Virus record (IMG/VR): IMGVR_UViG_3300025108_000015
Span: 32,001-96,000 of that record
Reading direction: 5' to 3' (one strand)
Length of the DNA stretch: 64,000 nucleotides
Source: a virus
Position 1 is the first letter of the stretch, and each line of letters starts with the position of its first letter. The notes below the pieces were generated by a model that saw only the letters and a program-made list of their open reading frames with translations, was not told the DNA's origin and made no database searches. The position numbers and the translations under genes are program-made. Of this stretch, positions 45,928 to 54,542 are shown piece after piece.

Positions 45928-46857
45928 ATGAATTTGATTAATAAGTTGATAAAGGAAGTAATCACCGAGGAACAACTCGATGAGAAACTCATTACATATA
46001 ACAATAGAAAACCATATGGTCAAGTAGTATTCTTGGCAGGTGGTGCTGGAAGTGGTAAGGGATTTGCCAGTTCCAACTTCTTAGACTCAGCTGGATTTAA
46101 AGTTCGTGATGTCGATGAAATGAAAAAACAACTCCAAGTCTTAAATAGAATGGGTAAACTCACAGTTTCAGATATCCTAAAAAAGTATGGTAAAAAGATA
46201 AAACCAAAGGATATGGAGATTGTTAACAAGGTATTTAACACCGAATTGCCAAGGGGTGGTAAACAAACTCTTCGTAATCTTAATCTAAAAGATCCAGACC
46301 ACGTGGCAACACTACATTATTTGGTAAAGGCCATGGGTATTAAAGATAAGTCTTTAGAGAATATGTTGGCTGCTACAAACAATCCAGAGACACTTCCTAA
46401 CATTATGTTTGATATCACGGCAAAAGATTTAAGTGATATTACTGATGTACTTCCTTTATTGAAAAAAGCAGGTTATGATTCTAAGAACATTCACTTGACT
46501 TGGGTTCTTACAAATTATGTAACAGCAATGGAAAACAATAAAAATAGAGAACGTATGGTACCTGAAGATATTCTTCTAAAAACACATGAAGGTGCTTCAA
46601 ATACAGTTTGGTCATTAGTTACACGAGCACTACCAAAAGGAATGAATGGTAGAGTTGACGTTATCCTAAACAACCCACAACATACTGTATTCTATACGGA
46701 TGGGGATGGTAAGACCATTAAAGGTGGTGTTAAGGGTTTCCTTTCACTTCCAGTCAAAAAAGCAGGTGGTTCAATCTTACCAGAAAAAGTTTGGAAAAGC
46801 AAACTATTTGATTGGATAAAAGATAACGCTCCTGAAGTCATTTCTAAAAATATGTAA
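45928..46857 (+). CDS. P-loop kinase (zeta-toxin/polynucleotide-kinase-like)
   Basis: FLAGGAGSGKG Walker A, DVD, FD.T, A...N..RER..P. Confidence 0.7.
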   Translation: MNLINKLIKEVITEEQLDEKLITYNNRKPYGQVVFLAGGAGSGKGFASSNFLDSAGFKVRDVDEMKKQLQVLNRMGKLTVSDILKKYGKKIKPKDMEIVNKVFNTELPRGGKQTLRNLNLKDPDHVATLHYLVKAMGIKDKSLENMLAATNNPETLPNIMFDITAKDLSDITDVLPLLKKAGYDSKNIHLTWVLTNYVTAMENNKNRERMVPEDILLKTHEGASNTVWSLVTRALPKGMNGRVDVILNNPQHTVFYTDGDGKTIKGGVKGFLSLPVKKAGGSILPEKVWKSKLFDWIKDNAPEVISKNM

Positions 46858-46875
46858 TAAAACTAAAAATAAGTT

Positions 46876-47460
46876 ATGAGAGTAAATTCATTAATCGTAG
46901 ATGATTTTTATACGAATGTAGATGATGTAAGAGCCTTTGCGTTATCTCAAGAATTTGGTATCACCGGTAATTATCCGGGCAACAGAACAAAGTCATTTGC
47001 TAACGATACTATCAAGGAATACATAAATTCACTAATACGACCCACGGCAGGTGAAATTACATATTGGGCAACCGATGAATATAATGGCGCGTATCAATAT
47101 ACCACTCAAAGAGACCGCTCTTGGGTTCATGCTGACCAAACAACAACGTGGGCTGCATTAGTATATCTTACACCAAATGCACCATTAAGTGGTGGAACTG
47201 GATTGTTTAGACACAAAGAGACTGGATTGGAAATGTCACCTAAGTTATCAGATGGTACAATTGACGATGAACTACTTAATGTAGTCTACAAGGATTCCCA
47301 AGATATGACAAAGTGGGAAATGACAGATAGAATTGCTAATAAATATAATAGATTAGTGTTATATAGAGGTGATTTGTTTCATATATCATTAGACTACTTT
47401 GGTACTAACAAAGAAGATGGTAGATTATTTCAGACATTCTTTTTCAATACTGAATATTAG
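46876..47460 (+). CDS. DUF6445-like 2OG-Fe(II) oxygenase
   Basis: IVDDFY, YPG.RT, WVHAD, A.LVYLTP, GGT.LF, NRLVLY...FH, R..QTFF. Confidence 0.7.
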   Translation: MRVNSLIVDDFYTNVDDVRAFALSQEFGITGNYPGNRTKSFANDTIKEYINSLIRPTAGEITYWATDEYNGAYQYTTQRDRSWVHADQTTTWAALVYLTPNAPLSGGTGLFRHKETGLEMSPKLSDGTIDDELLNVVYKDSQDMTKWEMTDRIANKYNRLVLYRGDLFHISLDYFGTNKEDGRLFQTFFFNTEY

Positions 47461-48107
47461 TGAACTACTCACATAAACATAAGTTTGTATGGGTTGCGCC
47501 ATTTAAGGTAGCAAGTAGGGCAACTGCAGATTTCTTTAGAGAACACTCAGACCTAAATCCTCACCTACCAAATAAAGATAATCCTGGTATGATATTCACC
47601 CATACTCAAGGATGGCCTGAAGAATGTCCGAGTGATTACTCATACATTGTGAATGTCAGACATCCATATTATAGGTGGATTTCGTATTGGAAGCATGACC
47701 TAAACGACACTACCGAATTAAAACCCAATACACCAGACCCATTAACAGCACTCAAGAGTGTTACTGATGAGAGGTGTATGGCTTGGTCCGAGTGGAGAAT
47801 TATATCAGATTACCCAATTGACTATATCCTTCACGCGGAATCAGTAGAAGACGACCTTCGTAAACTTCCATTCGTGGATGATGATATGGAGATTAAGTTC
47901 ACTCGTAGTAATCGAAGACCCACACAAATACCATTGGGTACAACTTGGGATGAGGAAGAACTCAGAGAGTTGGTATATGATAGATTCAGGCAAGACTATG
48001 ATAATTTAGGATATGGTAAGTGGGATAACTACGACCACATTTGGGATTGTAGTCCAAAGACTGGCGCAAACATCAGGTCAGTCAAAACTTTCCCAACAAA
48101 AATTTAA
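47460..48107 (+). CDS. Sulfotransferase (Sulfotransfer_2-like)
   Basis: F.W.APFKVASR (5'-PSB-like), VRHPY.RWISYW (3'-PB-like); GTG start. Confidence 0.65.
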   Translation: MNYSHKHKFVWVAPFKVASRATADFFREHSDLNPHLPNKDNPGMIFTHTQGWPEECPSDYSYIVNVRHPYYRWISYWKHDLNDTTELKPNTPDPLTALKSVTDERCMAWSEWRIISDYPIDYILHAESVEDDLRKLPFVDDDMEIKFTRSNRRPTQIPLGTTWDEEELRELVYDRFRQDYDNLGYGKWDNYDHIWDCSPKTGANIRSVKTFPTKI

Positions 48108-48159
48108 CAATTTCTTAACATTAAAAGCTTGTGTAACTACTACTTTTTCACTATATTTA
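48104..48159 (+). promoter_or_regulatory. Promoter with TTAACA direct repeat
   Basis: TTAACA 48104/48115; CTTG(48128)-N20-TATATTTA(48152). Confidence 0.7.
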
Positions 48160-48187
48160 CTATGTAATAATGAGAGAGATAAAGCTT

Positions 48188-48418
48188 ATGACAATTAAAG
48201 AATTTTACTTAGACAACTACCCAAGTGATGAGTTGGGTAATGAGATTAACGAGAACTCAACCTTCGTTGGGTTACTTTGGATGTTACAAACCAAACGTTC
48301 TGTCTACGACTTTCTTGGAATCTCCGATACTATTGTCAGAGAACGAGTGTTTCAAGAGTTGGCAAAACAGCTTCGATTAAGTTACACCACCATCTACGAG
48401 ATGTGGTTGAAAGCTTAA
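48188..48418 (+). CDS. Hypothetical early-type protein
   Basis: Follows its own promoter; alternative start 48170. Confidence 0.55.
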   Translation: MTIKEFYLDNYPSDELGNEINENSTFVGLLWMLQTKRSVYDFLGISDTIVRERVFQELAKQLRLSYTTIYEMWLKA

Positions 48419-48470
48419 CAATTTCTTAACATTAAACATTTGGTGATATCAAAAATTATCACTATATTAG
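48415..48470 (+). promoter_or_regulatory. Promoter with TTAACA direct repeat
   Basis: TTAACA 48415/48426; TTTG(48439)-N20-TATATTAG(48463). Confidence 0.8.
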
Positions 48471-48498
48471 TACTGTAATAATAAGAGATATAAAAGTT

Positions 48499-49044
48499 AT
48501 GAAGAAAGAAAATCCAAACATCCAAGTTGACTTCCAAGGAGTCCGTTACAACGTTCGTAAGACTGCTCTAAGAACTTACACCTATGGTGAGAACGAAGGT
48601 AGTAGGTATTTGAATATTGGGCCAACTGAGGGTGGTCAGATGACTAAACAATACGTTAAGACCATCAACAAGAACTACCTTTGTAAGGTCAAAGCAGAAC
48701 ACTTTAGTATGGGTAACTCACTAAATGTTTATGTGACTATGAAAGATGGGTCACCAATTCCACAAGAAGACTTTAATAAAATCAAAGACTTTGTTGAGAT
48801 GTTCAAGTATGGTAGTTTCAATGGTATGATTGATATGTACGAAACTCGAAACGCAAGTTACGAAACCGACAACGGAAACCACATTGAGGGTGGATGTAAA
48901 TACACCCACGTTAGTAACACACCACGATTCGGAACAGTTGAGTGGATTGTCAATGAGGTAACGAATCTTGGTAGAACTCTTGAGGATACTACACAATACG
49001 TTTCTAACAAAAAGATTGTTGAAAGAGCAGTGGCTCAACTTTAA
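48499..49044 (+). CDS. LPD29-like (large polyvalent protein domain) protein
   Basis: V....FSMG.SL.V...F.YGSFNGMID.YE pattern. Confidence 0.55.
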   Translation: MKKENPNIQVDFQGVRYNVRKTALRTYTYGENEGSRYLNIGPTEGGQMTKQYVKTINKNYLCKVKAEHFSMGNSLNVYVTMKDGSPIPQEDFNKIKDFVEMFKYGSFNGMIDMYETRNASYETDNGNHIEGGCKYTHVSNTPRFGTVEWIVNEVTNLGRTLEDTTQYVSNKKIVERAVAQL

Positions 49045-49096
49045 CAATTTCTTAACATTAAAAGTTTGGTGGTTGACTAAATAATCACTATATTAG
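49041..49096 (+). promoter_or_regulatory. Promoter with TTAACA direct repeat
   Basis: TTAACA 49041/49052; TTTG(49065)-N20-TATATTAG(49089). Confidence 0.8.
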
Positions 49097-49106
49097 TACT
49101 GTAATA

Positions 49107-49298
49107 ATGAGAGATATGATAAATAAAATTGATTTTAAGTTTTTAGTTGCTTCTTTAATGTTTTTAAGTTTGGGTGTATTAACACTTAATGGTAACATTC
49201 AAAACTACGTTCACTTCCAAGACCCCTTAAACGAAATGGGATTTGCATTCTTAGGGTTTTTCGGTGGTGTTTTATTCGCATTAGGTATTAAAAAATAA
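49107..49298 (+). CDS. Small two-TM membrane protein
   Basis: Two hydrophobic segments; alternative start 49116. Confidence 0.55.
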   Translation: MRDMINKIDFKFLVASLMFLSLGVLTLNGNIQNYVHFQDPLNEMGFAFLGFFGGVLFALGIKK

Positions 49299-49301
49299 AA
49301 T

Positions 49302-49610
49302 ATGGATTGTAAAATAATAATTGGTTGTCAGTATTACGAAAACTATAACGTAGGTCCGGAAGGATTCGGTGAAGTTCCACATTGGAAACCCAAAGGTGGG
49401 CATGATTTCCAAATCAAAGTGGATTCAGATTTGTTGTTGTATTCTAATAAGTTAGAACAACATTTAACAAAGTTGGTTGAGGCTCAATCAACTATTGCTG
49501 AAAAGTTTGAGTATCGTGAACACAAACTTGAATGGAGTGAACCATCGGTTTTGAGTACGGAATCTTTGTATGAACTAATTCGAACAGAAGATGAAGAAGT
49601 GGCAGTATAG
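49302..49610 (+). CDS. Hypothetical protein
   Basis: QYYENY...PHWKPKGG motif. Confidence 0.55.
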   Translation: MDCKIIIGCQYYENYNVGPEGFGEVPHWKPKGGHDFQIKVDSDLLLYSNKLEQHLTKLVEAQSTIAEKFEYREHKLEWSEPSVLSTESLYELIRTEDEEVAV

Positions 49611-49782
49611 AGAAATGGGGTCTCGCGATAAGAAGACCAAGAAGCTAAAATACTACAATGTATCAGTTGAGAACTGGAAGATTGTAGATTGTGAGTGTCC
49701 GGCACGTGAGTTCCGTAGATACACCCCTTGTAAACATATGAAACGACTATCAGAAAAGATGTCAAACTTAACAATAAATTAA
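49591..49782 (+). CDS. SWIM-type zinc finger protein
   Basis: CECPA...CKHM. Confidence 0.65.
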   Translation: MKKWQYREMGSRDKKTKKLKYYNVSVENWKIVDCECPAREFRRYTPCKHMKRLSEKMSNLTIN

Positions 49783-49822
49783 CATAAAAACTTGTGTATG
49801 TCGAATATATTTCGTATATTAC
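49768..49822 (+). promoter_or_regulatory. Promoter with TTAACA direct repeat
   Basis: TTAACA 49768/49779; CTTG(49791)-N20-TATATTAC(49815). Confidence 0.7.
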
Positions 49823-49853
49823 ACCTGTAATAAGAGAGAGAGAGATAATAAAC

Positions 49854-50207
49854 ATGAAACAAAAAACTATTTTCAGCGATATTGATGGGACTTTAGTTCA
49901 CCAAGTACAATTCGAAAATATTGACCCGTTCACTTCCAAAGCACTACCTGGCGCTGTTGAGATTCTAACTAAGATGTTCAAAGAAGGTCACCACATTGTG
50001 TTGACTACTGCACGTCCAGAAGAACTAAGAGACACTACCATCCAAGAGATGGACTTGTTAGGAATTCCATTTCACCAATTGGTAATGGGTATTGGTCGTA
50101 GTGAACGTATTTTAATCAACAATACAAGTACTAAGAACCCCAACGAGAAACGTGCTACGGCTATCGAGGTTCAGAAAAACAATGGTATTGAAGGTTACGG
50201 ACTATAA
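49854..50207 (+). CDS. Small HAD-family phosphatase
   Basis: FSDIDGTL, VLTTARP, LVMG...R.LIN; ATG 49854. Confidence 0.75.
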   Translation: MKQKTIFSDIDGTLVHQVQFENIDPFTSKALPGAVEILTKMFKEGHHIVLTTARPEELRDTTIQEMDLLGIPFHQLVMGIGRSERILINNTSTKNPNEKRATAIEVQKNNGIEGYGL

Positions 50208-50228
50208 AACTTAAAAACAAATAAATAT

Positions 50229-50405
50229 ATGAAAAAGTTAGCCAAATGGGCACCAGCCCTAATCGCATTAATCGCATTACTCTATTCAGTAGCGTTAGGT
50301 TCGATGGGTCGTACTGAAGAAGCACAATACTCTTCACATTGGCCAAGTACCTTAATCCTATTCTATCTACTAATAGACAAAATTAAGAACACGGAAATAC
50401 AATAG
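50229..50405 (+). CDS. 58-aa membrane protein; missed by ORF track
   Basis: My translation: MKKLAKWAPALIALIALLYSVALGSMGRTEEAQYSSHWPSTLILFYLLIDKIKNTEIQ. Confidence 0.55.
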   Translation: MKKLAKWAPALIALIALLYSVALGSMGRTEEAQYSSHWPSTLILFYLLIDKIKNTEIQ

Positions 50406-50407
50406 TT

Positions 50408-50596
50408 ATGAGCTTTTCAATGTATTTTGTAGGTTTTGTAATTTTTGTATTGTATATGTACTTTACTATTTGGAACATTAATAATGGTTCTAAAAAGCAA
50501 GAAGAAGATTACTACCAAAGACATAATCAACCTAACCCATCTGATTATGATGGCATGGGCAATTATAGTAGGTTCCCTAAAGATGAAATGGACTAA
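50408..50596 (+). CDS. Small single-TM protein
   Basis: Hydrophobic N-terminus; DYDGMGNYSRF tail. Confidence 0.55.
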   Translation: MSFSMYFVGFVIFVLYMYFTIWNINNGSKKQEEDYYQRHNQPNPSDYDGMGNYSRFPKDEMD

Positions 50597-50697
50597 ACTA
50601 TGGATTGGTTATTACTATTACTTATCGGAATACTTGGTGGTTCTACTACTTATGGTATGATACGTGTATTATCGTATCTTCACGATAAGGAGAATGG

Positions 50698-50934
50698 ATG
50701 ACTAAAGAAGATTTAATAGAGCTTGGATTTGATAGATTTGATGAGTATGATTCGGATGTTGGGGACTGGTATTACTATGAATCAACATGGAATGGTATTG
50801 AATTAATTACAAATCCATCAGATGAGTGGAATTCTAAAGGAATGTATGTCGAGATAATTGATACAGATGTAAGATTCCGGTCACTAAACGATTTATGGGC
50901 ACTAAAGGAGATACTTAGTAATAATATGAAGTAA
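50698..50934 (+). CDS. Hypothetical protein
   Basis: MT..DLIELGF start; coupled ORF. Confidence 0.55.
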   Translation: MTKEDLIELGFDRFDEYDSDVGDWYYYESTWNGIELITNPSDEWNSKGMYVEIIDTDVRFRSLNDLWALKEILSNNMK

Positions 50935-51269
50935 TGAGAGATAACTTAAAAACAATAGTTGTACATATACCAAAGCGGTGTAGAAAGCCAAAAATGGATA
51001 TATTCGATGACCACATTGATAAAGTTAACAATGCACGTTCAACTAAATACTTACCAGATGATACCAATATTATTGCAATGGGTATGGGTGGTCAAGGTTT
51101 AATTGATATGTATAATGAGAAACACTTTGGTATTAAACGTAAGGTAGTATCTAAAAAGGTGGTGAGTTTAAAGAATAAAAATACCACTAAGAAAAAAGTT
51201 AATAAATCTGAATTGAAGAAAGCTATATCTAACCAAAAGTCATTTGTTAATGGTGAAAAGTTTTGGTAA
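50934..51269 (+). CDS. Hypothetical protein with a basic C-terminus
   Basis: Coupled ORF; Lys-rich tail ending FW. Confidence 0.5.
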   Translation: MRDNLKTIVVHIPKRCRKPKMDIFDDHIDKVNNARSTKYLPDDTNIIAMGMGGQGLIDMYNEKHFGIKRKVVSKKVVSLKNKNTTKKKVNKSELKKAISNQKSFVNGEKFW

Positions 51270-51293
51270 TCTCAGATTTATTTTGTATATTAG
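51262..51293 (+). promoter_or_regulatory. Promoter upstream of groES
   Basis: TTTG(51262)-N20-TATATTAG(51286). Confidence 0.75.
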
Positions 51294-51316
51294 TAAATAA
51301 TAAAGGAAAACAAGTT

Positions 51317-51601
51317 ATGAAGTATCAACCTTTGAATGACTATGTGTTAGTCAAAACTATCAAAGAAGAAGAGAAAACTAAAGGTGGACTCTACAAACCA
51401 TCAGACTCTAAAGAGCAAATGCATGGTGAAGTAATATCAGTTGGAAATGGTATCTACACATCCAATGGTACATTGATACCTATGGTTTTAAATGTAGGTG
51501 ATAGAGTAATTGTACCAAATACTGGTATCCAAATGAAGTTGGATGGTGAGAAGTACAATATGTATCGTGAACAAGAAATTCTAATGGTAATCAATGAGTA
51601 A
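51317..51601 (+). CDS. groES: Co-chaperonin GroES
   Basis: PLNDYVLV, E.KT.GGLY.P, G.V..VG.G, VGD.V, E.EIL; ATG 51317. Confidence 0.92.
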   Translation: MKYQPLNDYVLVKTIKEEEKTKGGLYKPSDSKEQMHGEVISVGNGIYTSNGTLIPMVLNVGDRVIVPNTGIQMKLDGEKYNMYREQEILMVINE

Positions 51602-51773
51602 GATTAAACGTTGGATTGATGACGAAATGTCAAAGGGTATTGACCTATTACATCCAGACAATCAAGGATTTGATGATGATTATCAAGAAGAAGGTTTTGG
51701 GGAATGGTGTCACTACTCAGGAATGCCATCACCAAACGCATACGATAATACTGAAGGTTTAGATGAGGGATGA
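51594..51773 (+). CDS. 59-aa acidic protein with CHYSGMPSP motif; missed by ORF track
   Basis: My translation; overlaps the groES stop and the next start. Confidence 0.5.
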   Translation: MSKIKRWIDDEMSKGIDLLHPDNQGFDDDYQEEGFGEWCHYSGMPSPNAYDNTEGLDEG

Positions 51774-52114
51774 GAAATCTATTAATAGGAACACTTCTAT
51801 TTATAATAGGACAATCGTTAATATGGTTTCAAACCAACGGACAATTCGTATGGCCGTGGTTTAAAAAAAACCCACTGATAGTGTCCATCGTGGCTGGTAC
51901 GGGTATAAGTTACATATTTATTATGGCTACTCGTATGATAGCTGAGTATTATGATGGTACATTGTGGCCTGGTAGGTTTATTGCTTTTGGTAGTGGTATA
52001 TTTGGATTCACATTTCTAACTTGGTATTTTATGAATGAGGGTATTACTCTAAAAACACTTATATCATTAATTCTGGCAATTACAATAGTATCAATACAAA
52101 TCTTATGGAAATAG
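51770..52114 (+). CDS. Small multi-TM membrane protein
   Basis: About four hydrophobic helices in 114 aa (SMR/DMT-like size). Confidence 0.6.
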   Translation: MRNLLIGTLLFIIGQSLIWFQTNGQFVWPWFKKNPLIVSIVAGTGISYIFIMATRMIAEYYDGTLWPGRFIAFGSGIFGFTFLTWYFMNEGITLKTLISLILAITIVSIQILWK

Positions 52115-52323
52115 TAAAAAGTGAACTCGCTAGACACACGCTGATTCTAAATGAAGTTACTGAAATCGTATACTCAAATCCAATTCATATAAAAGGTATA
52201 ACTGCCTATAACGAGAAACGTAAGTTACTAACTCTTACAGATAGAGTTCAACAAAATCGCCAATTACTAAGAAGAAGAGACCTTCAATTTTTACAAAGGT
52301 TGATTAATAAGTATTCTCAATGA
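52105..52323 (+). CDS. Hypothetical protein
   Basis: Coupled ORF. Confidence 0.4.
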   Translation: MEIVKSELARHTLILNEVTEIVYSNPIHIKGITAYNEKRKLLTLTDRVQQNRQLLRRRDLQFLQRLINKYSQ

Positions 52324-52346
52324 TACTTATATAAAAATGGAAACAA

Positions 52347-52955
52347 ATGAGTAGTTACAAAAAAGGAACAAAACTTCCAAATGGTTATGTTTTAGGTAAA
52401 GGAAGAACTCCACTTAACCTTACTGAAGCTCAAATCCGTTATGCGATGAAGAACTCCAAATCTAACTCATCTGCTGCAAGATTCCTTAATGTATCATTTA
52501 CTACTTATCAGAAATATTCCAAATTATACAAAGACGATGATACTGGTAAAACTTTATATGAACTACATAAGAACCAAAAAGGTGAAGGTGTAAAGAAACC
52601 ATATAATGTTTCAAAAGGTAGATATGCGCTTCAAGACATTTTGGATGGTAAATATCCTGATTATGGTGTACATTTCTTAAAGAAGAGATTAATCAATAAC
52701 GCAGATAATATGCCAGAGTTCCCACATGAATGTCATAATTGTGGGTATAGTGAAAGTAGAATTACGGATGGAAACGTTCCATTAGTATTAGACCACATGG
52801 ATGATGATTGGACAAATCATAAACTTGAAAATATAAGATTTTTATGTTACAATTGTTATCACAACCTCCGAGGTAATATCAGAGGCAGACAGCCTGAGTG
52901 GAGAGCTGAACAAATTAGAAAAGCAAGAAAAAAACAAAAAAAGAAGGACAAATAA
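52347..52955 (+). CDS. HNH endonuclease with an N-terminal HTH-like region
   Basis: CHNCG...LVLDH.D.D..N.KLEN.RFLC.NC. Confidence 0.8.
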   Translation: MSSYKKGTKLPNGYVLGKGRTPLNLTEAQIRYAMKNSKSNSSAARFLNVSFTTYQKYSKLYKDDDTGKTLYELHKNQKGEGVKKPYNVSKGRYALQDILDGKYPDYGVHFLKKRLINNADNMPEFPHECHNCGYSESRITDGNVPLVLDHMDDDWTNHKLENIRFLCYNCYHNLRGNIRGRQPEWRAEQIRKARKKQKKKDK

Positions 52956-52958
52956 GTT

Positions 52959-54542
52959 ATGGGTAAAGAAGTATTTTACGGAAAGACATCGAGAGAGAAA
53001 CTCTTAGAAGGTGTAGATGCATTAGCAGATGCAGTTGTAGTTACATTAGGACCACGTGGTCGTAACGTGATTATTGAAACTGATACAACACCACATATTA
53101 CAAAGGATGGGGTTACAGTAGCTAAGTCTATTGAATTTACAGACCCAACCAAAAACTTGGGTGCTAAGGTAATCAAAGAAGCATCTCAACAAACTGCTGA
53201 CAACGCAGGTGATGGGACAACTACCTCAACTGTACTTGCACGTGATATCTTTAAAAAAGGTATGGATGCAATTGAAAAGGGAGCTAACCCAATTGAATTG
53301 AAACGTGGGATGGATACTGCAGTAAAAGGTATTGTTAATAATCTTGTTGAAACCATTTCAACTAAAGTAGAAACTAACGACCAAATCAAACAGGTAGCAA
53401 CAATCTCAGCAAATGGTGATTCGGTGATTGGTTCTATGATTGCTGATGCAATGGACCAAGTTGGTCGTGATGGGGTAATTACTGTTGAAGAGGGTAATTC
53501 AAGTGATGATGAACTGACTATTGTAGAGGGGTTGGAATTCGAACAAGGATACCTATCACATTATTTCATTAACAATCAGACCAAATTGACTTCTGAATTA
53601 GAAGACCCTATGATTCTTATGTATGATGGTCGTATTTCAGAAATGGATGACATCGTTGGTATCCTTGAGGGTGTATCAAGTAAGAATCAGGCAATTGTAG
53701 TAATTGCTCAAGAAGTAGATGGGCAAGCGCTAGCTACAATGGTAGTTAATTCGGCACGTCAAACCTTAAAATGTGTTGCTATCAAAGCACCTGGCTTCGG
53801 TAACGAACGTAGTGAGATGTTGAGAGATATGTCTGCTCTAACCGGCGCTACTTTGTTTGGTGGTGTTGGTAAAGAGTTGGAAGATATCACAATGGATGAC
53901 TTAGGGTCAGCTGACAAAGTAGTGGTTAGTAAATCTAAATCAGTAATCATTGGTGGTGCTGGTGAATCGGATGATATCAAACTCCGTATTGACCAAATCA
54001 AGAATGAAATCGAAGAATCGAGTTCAGACTATGAGAAAGAAAAACTACACAAACGATTATCTAAGTTAAGTGGTGGTGTTGCAGTTCTCAGAGTAGGTGC
54101 TGAATCTGAAATCGAGATGAAGGAAAAGAAAGATAGAATTGATGATGCTCTACTTGCTACAAAAGCTGCAGTCGAGGAAGGTATTGTGCCAGGTGGTGGT
54201 TCTGCTCTAATCCACGCAAGTGATAGAATACATATGGGTGTTGATAGATTATCAGCTGACCAAGAAACCGGATTCAATATTGTATGTTCTGCCTGTTACT
54301 CACCTTTTAATTCTATTTTAGAAAATGCAGGTTTAACTTATACACCAGAAGGTGAAACTCAAACTACTTATGGTTATAATGTAGTGACTGAACAATGGTG
54401 TGATATGTTAGAAGTGGGTGTAATTGACCCAACCAAAGTAACACGAACGGCACTTGAAAAAGCTGTCTCAGTTGCATCTACATTACTAACCACGGAATGT
54501 ATGATTGTCAATGAGGTAGAGGATAGTGAATCGGAAGCTTAA
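52959..54542 (+). CDS. groEL: Chaperonin GroEL
   Basis: TLGPRGRNV, ITKDGVTVAK, GDGTTT, KAPGFG, GGVAV, GIVPGGG, IDPTKVTR; no GGM tail. Confidence 0.97.
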   Translation: MGKEVFYGKTSREKLLEGVDALADAVVVTLGPRGRNVIIETDTTPHITKDGVTVAKSIEFTDPTKNLGAKVIKEASQQTADNAGDGTTTSTVLARDIFKKGMDAIEKGANPIELKRGMDTAVKGIVNNLVETISTKVETNDQIKQVATISANGDSVIGSMIADAMDQVGRDGVITVEEGNSSDDELTIVEGLEFEQGYLSHYFINNQTKLTSELEDPMILMYDGRISEMDDIVGILEGVSSKNQAIVVIAQEVDGQALATMVVNSARQTLKCVAIKAPGFGNERSEMLRDMSALTGATLFGGVGKELEDITMDDLGSADKVVVSKSKSVIIGGAGESDDIKLRIDQIKNEIEESSSDYEKEKLHKRLSKLSGGVAVLRVGAESEIEMKEKKDRIDDALLATKAAVEEGIVPGGGSALIHASDRIHMGVDRLSADQETGFNIVCSACYSPFNSILENAGLTYTPEGETQTTYGYNVVTEQWCDMLEVGVIDPTKVTRTALEKAVSVASTLLTTECMIVNEVEDSESEA

